Shown piece by piece: positions 18,411 through 27,444 of a stretch of 64,000 nt of DNA. The DNA is taken from NCBI GenBank assembly GCA_020444265.1, contig JAHLLH010000014.1:8339-72338 (forward strand). The letters run 5' to 3'. The notes under the pieces were generated by a model, which worked only from the letters and a program-made list of their open reading frames with translations, searched no databases and was not told the origin of the DNA. Numbering within the stretch: the first letter of the stretch is position 1; the number at the start of each line of letters is the position of its first letter. This DNA is from a bacterium. Its GTDB lineage: Bacteria; Electryoneota; Electryoneia; Electryoneales; Electryoneaceae. The position numbers and the translations under genes are program-made.

Positions 18411-19985
18411 ATGCTTCGATTCAAATACATGCTTCCAGTTTTGCTGTTTGCCGCCCTGTTTGCGGTGGCGGGCTGCGGGAATTCCAGTGACAACCGTCCG
18501 ATGGAATCCGCTTCGCACGGTCATGATCATGGTGAAGCGGACGATCACGGGCACGAGCATGGCGAAGAAACAGGCCACGCCGAGGGGGACATGGAACGCC
18601 CCACCATTGCTGTGACTCAATGGACGGAGCAGATGGAATTGTTCATGGAGTACCCGGCGATGGTCGTCAACCAACCCGGTCGCTTCATCATCCACCTGAC
18701 CGTGCTGAATGGATTCCAACCTGTCCGTGAAGGATCGGTCCGTCTCCAGTTTATCTCGAGCGACGGACATGCTCATGATTTGATCGAAAATCAACTGTTG
18801 CGCGAGGGAATCTTTGCTCCCACCGTCTCCCTGCACGACACGGGCGACGCCGATTTCATCCTTACCTACAGCAGCCCGACTGTGCAGGACACTTTCCTGA
18901 TCGGCGGCTTCACCGTGTACCCATCAGTCTCGCAAATCCCGCATGAGGAAGAAGGGGGTGGGGATGAAATCGGGTTCCTGAAAGAGCAACAGTGGAAAAT
19001 CCCCTTCGCCACCGCCGAAGCGGAAGTCCGTGAGATCAAACGCTCGACCTGGGCGATTGGTGATGTTCTTCCTGATCCCAACGGCTACAGCGAGATCATC
19101 GCCCCTGTTGATGGGATCGTGCAAGTACTCGATGATGGTCACCTCGCGCTTCCCGGTTCGCGGGTGACACGAGGCGAAAAACTGGTCCGGATTCTCCCCC
19201 CCGTGCAGGGGAACAGTTGGGTAGCAGCGCGTCTCGCCTATGAACAGGCGGAAAAGGAATATGAACGCGCAAAGCGACTCCAGGAAAAGCAGGCCATCTC
19301 CGTTCGTGAATTTGAAGGGATTCGCAGCGACTACCTCGAGATGAAGGCGGGGTTTGAATCGCTGAACGGAAGCGCAAAATCGGATCGCCTCATCCTTGAA
19401 GCGCCAATCAATGGTACCGTGATCGACTGGCAAATTCGTCCCGGACAGCAGGTTACTGCCGGAACAAAACTGATGGCAATTGCCGATCCTTCCACAGTCT
19501 GGCTGCAAGTCAATGTGTATGAAGACGAGTACACTCAACTTGGTCGTCCAGTTGGCGCCTTCATCCGGACAGGGGGAGAAGGCCAGGGGTGGGTCGTTGG
19601 CGAAGCGGACATGAATGTTCTCACTACGGGCGGTGCCCTTGATCCGAAGACTCGCACCATCCCCGTCCTGCTTGAAATCGCCAACCGTGAAGGACGCTTG
19701 CGGATCAACGAATCCACTCCCGTTGAGCTGTACGCCTCACTGGGTAGCAGCTCTGTTGCGGTCCCACGCAGTGCCCTCTACGAGGATGAAGGGATGGATG
19801 TTGTCTTTGTCCAGGCGGGTGGAGAAGCCTTCGAAAAACGAGTGGTTCAGATTGGTCCCCATTACAATGACTGGGTATCGATCCTCTCTGGTATTGCGGA
19901 AGGGGAGCATGTCGTCACACGTGGCGGTTACCATGTCAAGCTCGCGTCCACTTCTGCCGAAATCGGTCATGGTCACGCTCACTGA
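18411..19985 (+). CDS. CzcB/CusB-type RND periplasmic adaptor lipoprotein, His-rich
   Basis: Lipobox VAGC, HGHDHG..HGHEH, TQWTEQMELFMEYP N-domain, APING, DPKTRT, VAVP.SA, ends GHGHAH. Confidence 0.92.
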   Translation: MLRFKYMLPVLLFAALFAVAGCGNSSDNRPMESASHGHDHGEADDHGHEHGEETGHAEGDMERPTIAVTQWTEQMELFMEYPAMVVNQPGRFIIHLTVLNGFQPVREGSVRLQFISSDGHAHDLIENQLLREGIFAPTVSLHDTGDADFILTYSSPTVQDTFLIGGFTVYPSVSQIPHEEEGGGDEIGFLKEQQWKIPFATAEAEVREIKRSTWAIGDVLPDPNGYSEIIAPVDGIVQVLDDGHLALPGSRVTRGEKLVRILPPVQGNSWVAARLAYEQAEKEYERAKRLQEKQAISVREFEGIRSDYLEMKAGFESLNGSAKSDRLILEAPINGTVIDWQIRPGQQVTAGTKLMAIADPSTVWLQVNVYEDEYTQLGRPVGAFIRTGGEGQGWVVGEADMNVLTTGGALDPKTRTIPVLLEIANREGRLRINESTPVELYASLGSSSVAVPRSALYEDEGMDVVFVQAGGEAFEKRVVQIGPHYNDWVSILSGIAEGEHVVTRGGYHVKLASTSAEIGHGHAH

Positions 19986-20014
19986 TCCAGCAACACACGT
20001 CGAAAGGAACCATC

Positions 20015-23000
20015 ATGTTAGATCGACTGATGCGGATCAGCCTGCGTAACCGACTCATTGTCCTGGTTGCTGCACTGGCGATCCTGATCGTTGGAACGCT
20101 CGTCACCTTAAACATGCCGGTGGATGTTTTCCCGGACTTGACAGCGCCTACGGTGACCATTCTGACCGAAGCACACGGAATGGCACCCGAGGAAGTGGAA
20201 AACCTGGTCACCTTCCCGATTGAGACTGTGGTCAACGGTGCTTCGGGAGTACGAAGGGTTCGGTCCAATTCCATCCAGGGACTCTCCACTGTTTGGGTGG
20301 AGTTTGACTGGGGGACAGACATCTATGTCGCCCGTCAGATCATCAACGAAAAACTGCAGATCATGCGGAACACTCTCCCCGGAGGGGTCGATCAGCCAGT
20401 TCTTGCGCCGATCACCTCGATCATGGGAGAAATTATGCTGGTCGGCCTGACCGCCGACACCACCTCCCCGATGGACCTCCGTACACTGGCGGAATTCACC
20501 GTGGGACGTCGGATTCAAGCGGTTCCCGGTGTTTCGCAGGTGCTGGTCTATGGCGGAGAAACCCGTCAGTACCAGGTTCTGGTTGATCCGTACAAGATCA
20601 CCGCTCGGGGGTTGACCTTAGATGAAGTTCTGGATGCGGTCCAGGAAGCAAACATTAACGCCACGGGTGGCCTGTTCATCTCCTCCGGGCAAGAATACCT
20701 GATTCGTGGTCTTGGACGGATCAACAACATCGCGGAGTTGAAGAAAACCGTCATCACCACCGAAGGCCATGTCCCGGTGCTGGTCGAGGATATCGCGGAT
20801 GTGGTGATTGGGCCTGCATTCCGTCTCGGGACAGCTTCGATTAACAACGAGAACGGCGTCCTACTGGTCATTGCGAAACAGCCCGAAGCGAACACTCTCA
20901 CTCTGACCGACAACATTCTGGAAACTCTTGATGGCCTTCGTGCATCGCTGCCCGTTGACATTTCCCTGCACACGGAGATTTTCCGGCAGTCGGATTTTAT
21001 TCAGACCGCCATTGACAATGTTCTGAGCGCATTGGGTGAGGGTGCGGTGCTGGTCACCATCATCCTTTTCCTCTTCCTGGTCAATGTCCGGACAACCGTT
21101 ATTTCCGTTCTTGCCATTCCCCTCTCGCTGGTCATTGCCTTCCTTTCACTGAAACTGCTGGGAATGTCGGTCAATACGATGACCCTCGGCGGCTTGGCGA
21201 TTGCGATTGGTGTCCTGGTAGATGACGCGATTATCTATGTGGAGAATGTCTACCGCCGCATCCGTCAGAATGCGGAAGTCCCGGAGGCGGATCGTCGTCC
21301 CTTCGTTGATGTTGTGGCCGATGCCTCCAGCGAAATCCGATCCCCGATCGCGATGGCAACCTTCATCGTAATCGTGGTCTTTATCCCTCTCTTTTTCCTG
21401 AGCGGGGTCGAAGGCCGGATGCTCAAGCCCCTCGGGTTTGCCTATGTAATCTCGATTCTCGCTTCGCTGCTGGTGGCAGTCACCGTAACCCCGGCGCTCA
21501 GCTCGTTTTTACTGCGGAACATCGATCAGAAGAAAGAGCATGGCGATAGCTGGTTCGTTCGACAGTTGAAAAAAGCCTACGAGCCGAGCCTTGTCTACTT
21601 CCTGAAGCACAAAGGGATCGTAATCGGTGTATCTGCTGCACTGGTGGTTCTTGCGATTAGCATCCTGCCTTTCTTCGGACGTTCTTTCCTGCCAGAGTTC
21701 AACGAGGGCACATTCAACATTTCTCTCGCCACCCTGCCGGGAACCTCACTCGAGGGATCACACGAGATTGGGGGGATGGTAGAGAGTATCCTCCTTTCAA
21801 ACGAGGCGGTGCTCTCAACCGCGAGGCGGACGGGACGTACCGAGTTGGATGAGCATTCGCTGGGTTCACACGCTCATGAACTTGAAGTGCAGGTCGATCT
21901 TAGCAACATCTCGAAACAGGAACTACTCGAGCAATTGCGATCTTCCCTCACAATGGTGCAGGGGACGAACATCACCATTGGTCAGCCGATTTCGCATCGG
22001 ATCGACCATATGCTTTCCGGGACACGTGCCGCTATCGCTGTAAAGCTCTTCGGACCTGACCTCTATTCGTTAAGGAGGTACGCTGAGCAGATCAGGCAGG
22101 AGATGGCCGAAGTGGAGGGCCTTGTCGACCTGTTTGTCGATCAGCAAACCGATGTCCCGCAGGTACGCATCACGGTGGACCGTGAACGGATGGCGATGTA
22201 CGGCCTTCGCTCTGCGGACTTGGACGAATTGATCGACGTAGCTTTCCTCGGTGCGAAAACATCCCAGGTGTATGAGGGCGATCACCGTTACGATCTGATC
22301 GTGCGGTACGCAGAGGATTACCGTGACGACCTCGAATCGATCCGGAACACCCTGATAGATGTTCCCACAGGCGGAGCGATTCCGCTGGAGATGGTGGCAA
22401 ATATCCGTGAAGACCGTGGCCCGAACTACATCAGCAGGGAGAACGTGCAACGGAAAATCGTTGTTCAGGCGAATGTGTCAGGACGGGACTTGCGGGGGGC
22501 GGTGGAAGAGATTCGGGAAAAGATCTCGACCAATCTCGATCTGCCACGTGGCTACCATGTCGAGTATGGCGGTCAGTTTGAGAGTGAGGAGCAGGCGACA
22601 CGGACCGTCTTACTGTTGAGCATCGTCTCGATTATCGCGATCCTCGTCGTCCTTTACCTCGAGTTCGGCAATTTCCGTCAGGCTTTCCTCGTCATGGTCA
22701 ACCTGCCCCTCGCCCTGATTGGAGGCATTGTCAGCATCTTCTTCACCGAGGGCATCATCTCCATCGCTTCCCTGGTCGGGTTCATCACCCTCTTCGGGAT
22801 AGCTGTGCGAAATGGGATCATGATGGTCTCCCATTACAATCACCTGATGAACCAGGAGGGGAAGACCCTGTACGAGGCGGTTGTGCAAGGCTCCATGGAA
22901 CGGCTGAGCCCGATCCTGATGACCGCGATGACCACCGGCCTCGCCCTGATTCCGCTTGCAATGGCTGCGGACAAACCGGGATCAGAACTGCAATCTCCCA

Positions 23001-23125
23001 TGGCTTTTGTCATCCTCGGCGGATTGCTTACTGCCACCTTCTTAAACCTCGCAGTCGTTCCCGCGATGTTCATGAAGTGGGGTGTCCAACCCGTGGATGA
23101 AGCAAAACACAAAGCGTATTTCTGA
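20015..23125 (+). CDS. CusA/CzcA-family heavy-metal efflux RND transporter (1)
   Basis: PVDVFPDL, APEEVE..VTFPIE, MTLGGLAIAIGVLVDDAIIYVEN, GFITLFGIAVRNG, RL.PILMTA. Confidence 0.96.
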   Translation: MLDRLMRISLRNRLIVLVAALAILIVGTLVTLNMPVDVFPDLTAPTVTILTEAHGMAPEEVENLVTFPIETVVNGASGVRRVRSNSIQGLSTVWVEFDWGTDIYVARQIINEKLQIMRNTLPGGVDQPVLAPITSIMGEIMLVGLTADTTSPMDLRTLAEFTVGRRIQAVPGVSQVLVYGGETRQYQVLVDPYKITARGLTLDEVLDAVQEANINATGGLFISSGQEYLIRGLGRINNIAELKKTVITTEGHVPVLVEDIADVVIGPAFRLGTASINNENGVLLVIAKQPEANTLTLTDNILETLDGLRASLPVDISLHTEIFRQSDFIQTAIDNVLSALGEGAVLVTIILFLFLVNVRTTVISVLAIPLSLVIAFLSLKLLGMSVNTMTLGGLAIAIGVLVDDAIIYVENVYRRIRQNAEVPEADRRPFVDVVADASSEIRSPIAMATFIVIVVFIPLFFLSGVEGRMLKPLGFAYVISILASLLVAVTVTPALSSFLLRNIDQKKEHGDSWFVRQLKKAYEPSLVYFLKHKGIVIGVSAALVVLAISILPFFGRSFLPEFNEGTFNISLATLPGTSLEGSHEIGGMVESILLSNEAVLSTARRTGRTELDEHSLGSHAHELEVQVDLSNISKQELLEQLRSSLTMVQGTNITIGQPISHRIDHMLSGTRAAIAVKLFGPDLYSLRRYAEQIRQEMAEVEGLVDLFVDQQTDVPQVRITVDRERMAMYGLRSADLDELIDVAFLGAKTSQVYEGDHRYDLIVRYAEDYRDDLESIRNTLIDVPTGGAIPLEMVANIREDRGPNYISRENVQRKIVVQANVSGRDLRGAVEEIREKISTNLDLPRGYHVEYGGQFESEEQATRTVLLLSIVSIIAILVVLYLEFGNFRQAFLVMVNLPLALIGGIVSIFFTEGIISIASLVGFITLFGIAVRNGIMMVSHYNHLMNQEGKTLYEAVVQGSMERLSPILMTAMTTGLALIPLAMAADKPGSELQSPMAFVILGGLLTATFLNLAVVPAMFMKWGVQPVDEAKHKAYF

Positions 23126-23237
23126 TTCACCCTGCTTGTGCACGACACGTGTACCCCGGCTTGATTTCAAAGCTGGGGCACGTGTCGTTTCGGACAAAGA
23201 GATGCATCGCCAAGCGTTCACCTTTCATCGCAAGGAG

Positions 23238-24104
23238 TTAGAAAATCCAGGTGTATCCAAAGAGGGCGGCGACCACGATGTGAATAGCCAGGATGATGAA
23301 CATGACGATGGCGAAGGGACGGTGGATGACATGCCAGTAGTGAAGGATTTTCTGGGAGACCTGGAGGAAACGCATCCGTCGCTTGAGAAGGGTTCGCCGA
23401 CGAACCAGGTCGATGATATCCTTGATTTCCTTATTGCCGAGCGAGGCGCGCTTTTTCAATTCACCCCGTAACCCGGACAACGCAAGACGCAGCCGAACAT
23501 CCTGCCCGATCCAAGTGAAGATAGCTGCGAAACCAGTCTTCCGTTTCGAGACCGGGACAACATCCTCGTGCAGCTTCTCAATCAGTTCCTCGTCCACCCC
23601 GTGCACATCGCGGATCTGCCCCATCAACTCGTCATCGAGTTGTTCGAGCTGCTCGCCGGACATTGCGGCACCGGAGAGGCTGCGTGGAATCTGCAAGTAG
23701 ACATAGCGCCCGAGGAACCCCGACAGGGCCACCGCGAGCATTGACCAGAAGGCAATGGCGACAATGCCGCCGAACTTGAAGGTGGTGTGGAAAATGACCA
23801 GGATCGGCCCGGTGATGCCCATCCAGATATGGACATCCAGCCAGTGACGCAGGTTGCCCCAATCCTGCATGAAACGGAAGTGTTTCCGTGCGATGTAAAG
23901 CAGCAGCATTGACATCAGGATCGCCCCGGCGATGCCGAGCGCGTGCCCGATAAATCCTCCCGCCTTCCAGTCGGTGTGCAGGTCACTGTGGGGACGTTCT
24001 GTCAACGGAAGAGAGTAGTAATCCCAGCCGTGGTAGAGAATCCAGGCTACAACGATGCCGGTCAGGGAATAGAGAAAGATCATCAGAAAGCGGTGGAAGC
24101 GCAT
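23238..24104 (-). CDS. Integral membrane protein, putative di-heme cytochrome b (ferric-reductase-like)
   Basis: About 5 TM helices; two His-X13-His helices (HIWMGITGPILVIFH and HRPFAIVMFIILAIH); SG..GRY.Y motif. Confidence 0.75.
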   Translation of the reverse strand: MRFHRFLMIFLYSLTGIVVAWILYHGWDYYSLPLTERPHSDLHTDWKAGGFIGHALGIAGAILMSMLLLYIARKHFRFMQDWGNLRHWLDVHIWMGITGPILVIFHTTFKFGGIVAIAFWSMLAVALSGFLGRYVYLQIPRSLSGAAMSGEQLEQLDDELMGQIRDVHGVDEELIEKLHEDVVPVSKRKTGFAAIFTWIGQDVRLRLALSGLRGELKKRASLGNKEIKDIIDLVRRRTLLKRRMRFLQVSQKILHYWHVIHRPFAIVMFIILAIHIVVAALFGYTWIF

Positions 24105-24202
24105 TGGGGAAGATGCCTTTCAACTGGTTTTTTTCACAGCCACTACAATAAGGTACCCCAGCTTGTCTTGCCAAGCCGGGATTTCGTTTTGGTAAAAAGA
24201 GA

Positions 24203-24231
24203 CCCGGCTTGCAAGTCAAGCCGGGGCACCC
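24203..24231. repeat. REP-like palindrome cccggcttgcaagtcaagccggggcaccc
   Basis: Related copies at about 9801, 23155, 57801 (reverse) and 60697. Confidence 0.8.
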
Positions 24232-24254
24232 AGATTATGACCTTCTGTTTCCAG

Positions 24255-25877
24255 CTAGAGCCGGTACCCCACCTCAAGGTAGACACGGTTCGAGGCGAGG
24301 TTGTCGCCTCGGTACGCCTCGCCATAGACCGAGGTGTACCACGACCTTGCGAGGGTCATGCTCGCGCCCAGCTTGGCAAAGGAGTAGGTCACCTTCCCAC
24401 CCGCAGAAAGGTCATACCGACTTTGCCCGACCTGACCGTTCAGATAGACCGTGCGGAAGAGGTACCGTGTGAGCTGGAGCGAGGGCTGCATACCTGTGCT
24501 GTACCGATTCTCGAAGGTGTTGATCTGTGCGGTGATCTTCACCCCGCTGCCGAGCAGGTCACGTTGGCTGATCCCACCCAGCAAGGTACGTGTGTCCTGG
24601 CTGTCCCCTTCGCGTAGACGAAGGCCAGCACGTGTGAACAAGCGCATCCCGAAGGGGAAGATATAGCTCGCTCCTGCACGGTACCCTTGACGCAAGGCAT
24701 CGTCGAAGAGGCTGTCAGGCGTGTCACGGGTCTCATAGGTACGCACCTGGGTACGATTGTCATAGCCGATGTCCAACGAGAGGTCGTCCACCGGACGCCA
24801 TCGTCCCGTCAGCAGCAGATTGCTCATGCCGAACGATTGCCCTTCGACATCCTTCCGCCAGCCTCGATAGACCTCAAGCTCGCCACTCTGGTAGAGGCTC
24901 CAGGTCCGTCCCCCGCTCAGTTGAAGCTGTTCGTAGAGGTATTCCTGGCTGATGGTGCCCGAGTTGTACCGTCCCGCAAAAGCGAGGGTCGCAGCAAGAC
25001 GTGTCGTCTCCCAGCTTCCTCGTTCGATGGCCGCATACACTCCGCCTTTGGTCTCATCGGTGCCAGGACGTGAGGTGCGGTAGTCCGGCTGGGTTCCGGC
25101 AAACAGGCCGTATGAGAAACGTTCCTGCTGCTGCATCTCGAAGTGAAGTCCGTCGATGGTGCCTATGCCTGCGAAACGATTAGAGAGAATCCTGCCAGCG
25201 TTGTAGTGCAGCGGAGAGGATGGATTGTCGTATCCGAAAGAGACCTCGTAAACACGGTTGAACCATTCGCTCTGGGTATCGGGCGAGAGATCGGATGCGC
25301 GCTGAACGCGTCGGCTGCGGAAACGGAGATTCAGGGTGTAGTAAGAGTTGAAGAGGTTTTCGGCGCGGAGACGGCCTGTCAGGGAGGGCTCTGTGACATC
25401 GTAATTGGTCGCTTCGAGGTCGTCCTGAATCATTACCTGAACGCCGAGTCGGCCTGAAAGGCGTGCACGAGGACGTTCCTGCTCAACGGTCCTCACAACC
25501 TGACGCTTTGTCCCTGTGGACGGGGTAACTGCGACAGAATCCTCTTCGGTGACTTCGGCCTCTTCCGGCATAACCTCGCCACTTGCGGCGACGGTTGCAC
25601 GATCCCCCACTTGCACCGGACCACCTTCGACCAGCTTGCAGACAGCAGTTGTCCCCGCAAGATAGGTTACCTCGAGGGTGGCGACAGTCGACCCTTCGCG
25701 CTCGATCTGGACCCTATCACCTACCGCAATGCCCTGATCGCTGCCAGCATCGAGGTAGATGCCCGAGGCGGAGACATATTTTACCGTTGTCGCCAGATCA
25801 CTCGCCAGGGCGCTTCCCAAGCCACCCAGCAGTCCAATCAGCAAAACCAGCCAACCTGCTCTGAGAAAAACCTTCAT
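24255..25877 (-). CDS. Outer-membrane beta-barrel with small N-terminal beta domain (FlgT-C-like)
   Basis: Signal peptide; IYLDAGSDQGIAVGDRV..LEV..VQVGD domain; flexible linker; alternating amphipathic strands rich in G/Y/R/S; ends VYLEVGYRL. Confidence 0.8.
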   Translation of the reverse strand: MKVFLRAGWLVLLIGLLGGLGSALASDLATTVKYVSASGIYLDAGSDQGIAVGDRVQIEREGSTVATLEVTYLAGTTAVCKLVEGGPVQVGDRATVAASGEVMPEEAEVTEEDSVAVTPSTGTKRQVVRTVEQERPRARLSGRLGVQVMIQDDLEATNYDVTEPSLTGRLRAENLFNSYYTLNLRFRSRRVQRASDLSPDTQSEWFNRVYEVSFGYDNPSSPLHYNAGRILSNRFAGIGTIDGLHFEMQQQERFSYGLFAGTQPDYRTSRPGTDETKGGVYAAIERGSWETTRLAATLAFAGRYNSGTISQEYLYEQLQLSGGRTWSLYQSGELEVYRGWRKDVEGQSFGMSNLLLTGRWRPVDDLSLDIGYDNRTQVRTYETRDTPDSLFDDALRQGYRAGASYIFPFGMRLFTRAGLRLREGDSQDTRTLLGGISQRDLLGSGVKITAQINTFENRYSTGMQPSLQLTRYLFRTVYLNGQVGQSRYDLSAGGKVTYSFAKLGASMTLARSWYTSVYGEAYRGDNLASNRVYLEVGYRL

Positions 25878-25881
25878 CAGC

Positions 25882-27411
25882 TCACCGTTCTTTCGGGCTG
25901 TCTATGCGGGCGGGATGCAGGAGACGATCATCCTCGGCCCGTCCATCGGGATGGCAATCATAACAGGCGGCGCTGTCGTAGACATACCCCCCCACATCAT
26001 CGTGCTCATCGTTCATCTCGGACTGACTGTGCTCATGACATGAGATGCAGGTAAACACCTGGTAGTTGCTCGTATTCGGGTGACATTCGGAGCAACTGGC
26101 CCACTCGTTGCGATGTTCTCCCGAGTAGATCGGGAACCACTGGGAATCGTGGTTGAAGTTCGCATTGTCCCAGGAAATCGTATTGTGGCAGCTGTCGCAA
26201 TCCTGCGGGAAGCCCGCGGCAGCATGGTCTGGGTCCGTGGTGGTATTGTAGTCCGCCTCGTGACAAAAGAAGCAGTCCGAAGGGGTGTTGACATACCCCG
26301 CTGTATGGCAGAGGCTGCAATCGAGACCAACATGAGCCCCCGTCAGGGGAAAGTCGGTCTGCGAATGGTCAAAATCGGCATCGTCCCAGGTGACTGTCGA
26401 GTGGCATAATACACAATCAAGCGGGAAGTTTTCCTGCACATGATCGGGATCGGTCGTCCCCTCGAAATCGGCTTGGTGGCAAGCATAACACTCGGATGGT
26501 GTGCCAGTGTAACCAGATGCATGGCATTGGAGACAATCGAGGGGCTGGTGTGCACCAGTCAGCGGAAACGCAGTGTCGTGGTGATCAAAGACGATTCGAT
26601 CCCAACCGAGCGCCGTATGGCAGAGGACACAATCGGTTGGATACTGATCAGCAACATGGTTCGGGTCAGTCGTGCCCTCATAATCCGCCTGGTGACAGGC
26701 ATAGCAGGCGGAGCTACCGATGGTGTAGTCTCCGCCGGTATGGCACTCGACACAGACCAGCAGCGCATGCTGACCAACCAGCGGAAAACCTGTCCGGCCA
26801 TGGTCGAAGATCGACTCTTCCCACTTCTGCACCCCATGACAGCTGCTGCAATCGGCATCGAATCCTGCTTGCACATGGTTGGGGTTGGTGGTCGCCCGGT
26901 AGCTATCCCAGTGGCAGGTCTGGCACGTCGTCGAGAGGGCACGATACTGCCCGGAGGCATGGCACGCCTGGCAGTCCAGCGGCGCATGGACCCCGACCAA
27001 CGGGAACCGTGTCTCCTGGTGCATCAGGCGGAAACGGGACTCATCACTCCAGCCCAAAGGTGAATGGCACTCCTCGCAGGATCGTCCGAATTCGCCACGA
27101 TGGATGTCGGTGTGGCAGGCCGCGCAGTTCGTTGAAACGTCCAGAAAAACAGGATCCGTGTGACACAAGGCGCAGGCGACACCCTTGTGAAATCCTTCTA
27201 ACGGGTAGTTGGTGTCCCTGTCATGGTCGAAGCGCAGCACGGGCAGAAGCTGGTCCCATCCCTCGGTGCCATGGCAGGCGCTGCACTCGAGCTCCATATC
27301 GCCGTGTGGGTTGGTCCCGGTCTGCAACGGCGTGGCGTCAGCAACTCCGACCAGCAGCCCCAACATCAGCACGACGAGGGGGGATCGTCTTGATGTCAAC
27401 AATCGTTTCAT
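25882..27411 (-). CDS. Exported multiheme cytochrome c, 19 CxxCH
   Basis: Signal peptide (ADA); hand count of 19 CxxCH; FDH..T.FPL.G.H..L.CxxCH repeats. Confidence 0.95.
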   Translation of the reverse strand: MKRLLTSRRSPLVVLMLGLLVGVADATPLQTGTNPHGDMELECSACHGTEGWDQLLPVLRFDHDRDTNYPLEGFHKGVACALCHTDPVFLDVSTNCAACHTDIHRGEFGRSCEECHSPLGWSDESRFRLMHQETRFPLVGVHAPLDCQACHASGQYRALSTTCQTCHWDSYRATTNPNHVQAGFDADCSSCHGVQKWEESIFDHGRTGFPLVGQHALLVCVECHTGGDYTIGSSACYACHQADYEGTTDPNHVADQYPTDCVLCHTALGWDRIVFDHHDTAFPLTGAHQPLDCLQCHASGYTGTPSECYACHQADFEGTTDPDHVQENFPLDCVLCHSTVTWDDADFDHSQTDFPLTGAHVGLDCSLCHTAGYVNTPSDCFFCHEADYNTTTDPDHAAAGFPQDCDSCHNTISWDNANFNHDSQWFPIYSGEHRNEWASCSECHPNTSNYQVFTCISCHEHSQSEMNDEHDDVGGYVYDSAACYDCHPDGRAEDDRLLHPARIDSPKER

Positions 27412-27444
27412 CGGGTTTCGATGTTCATCCGAATCATCTCTCGT

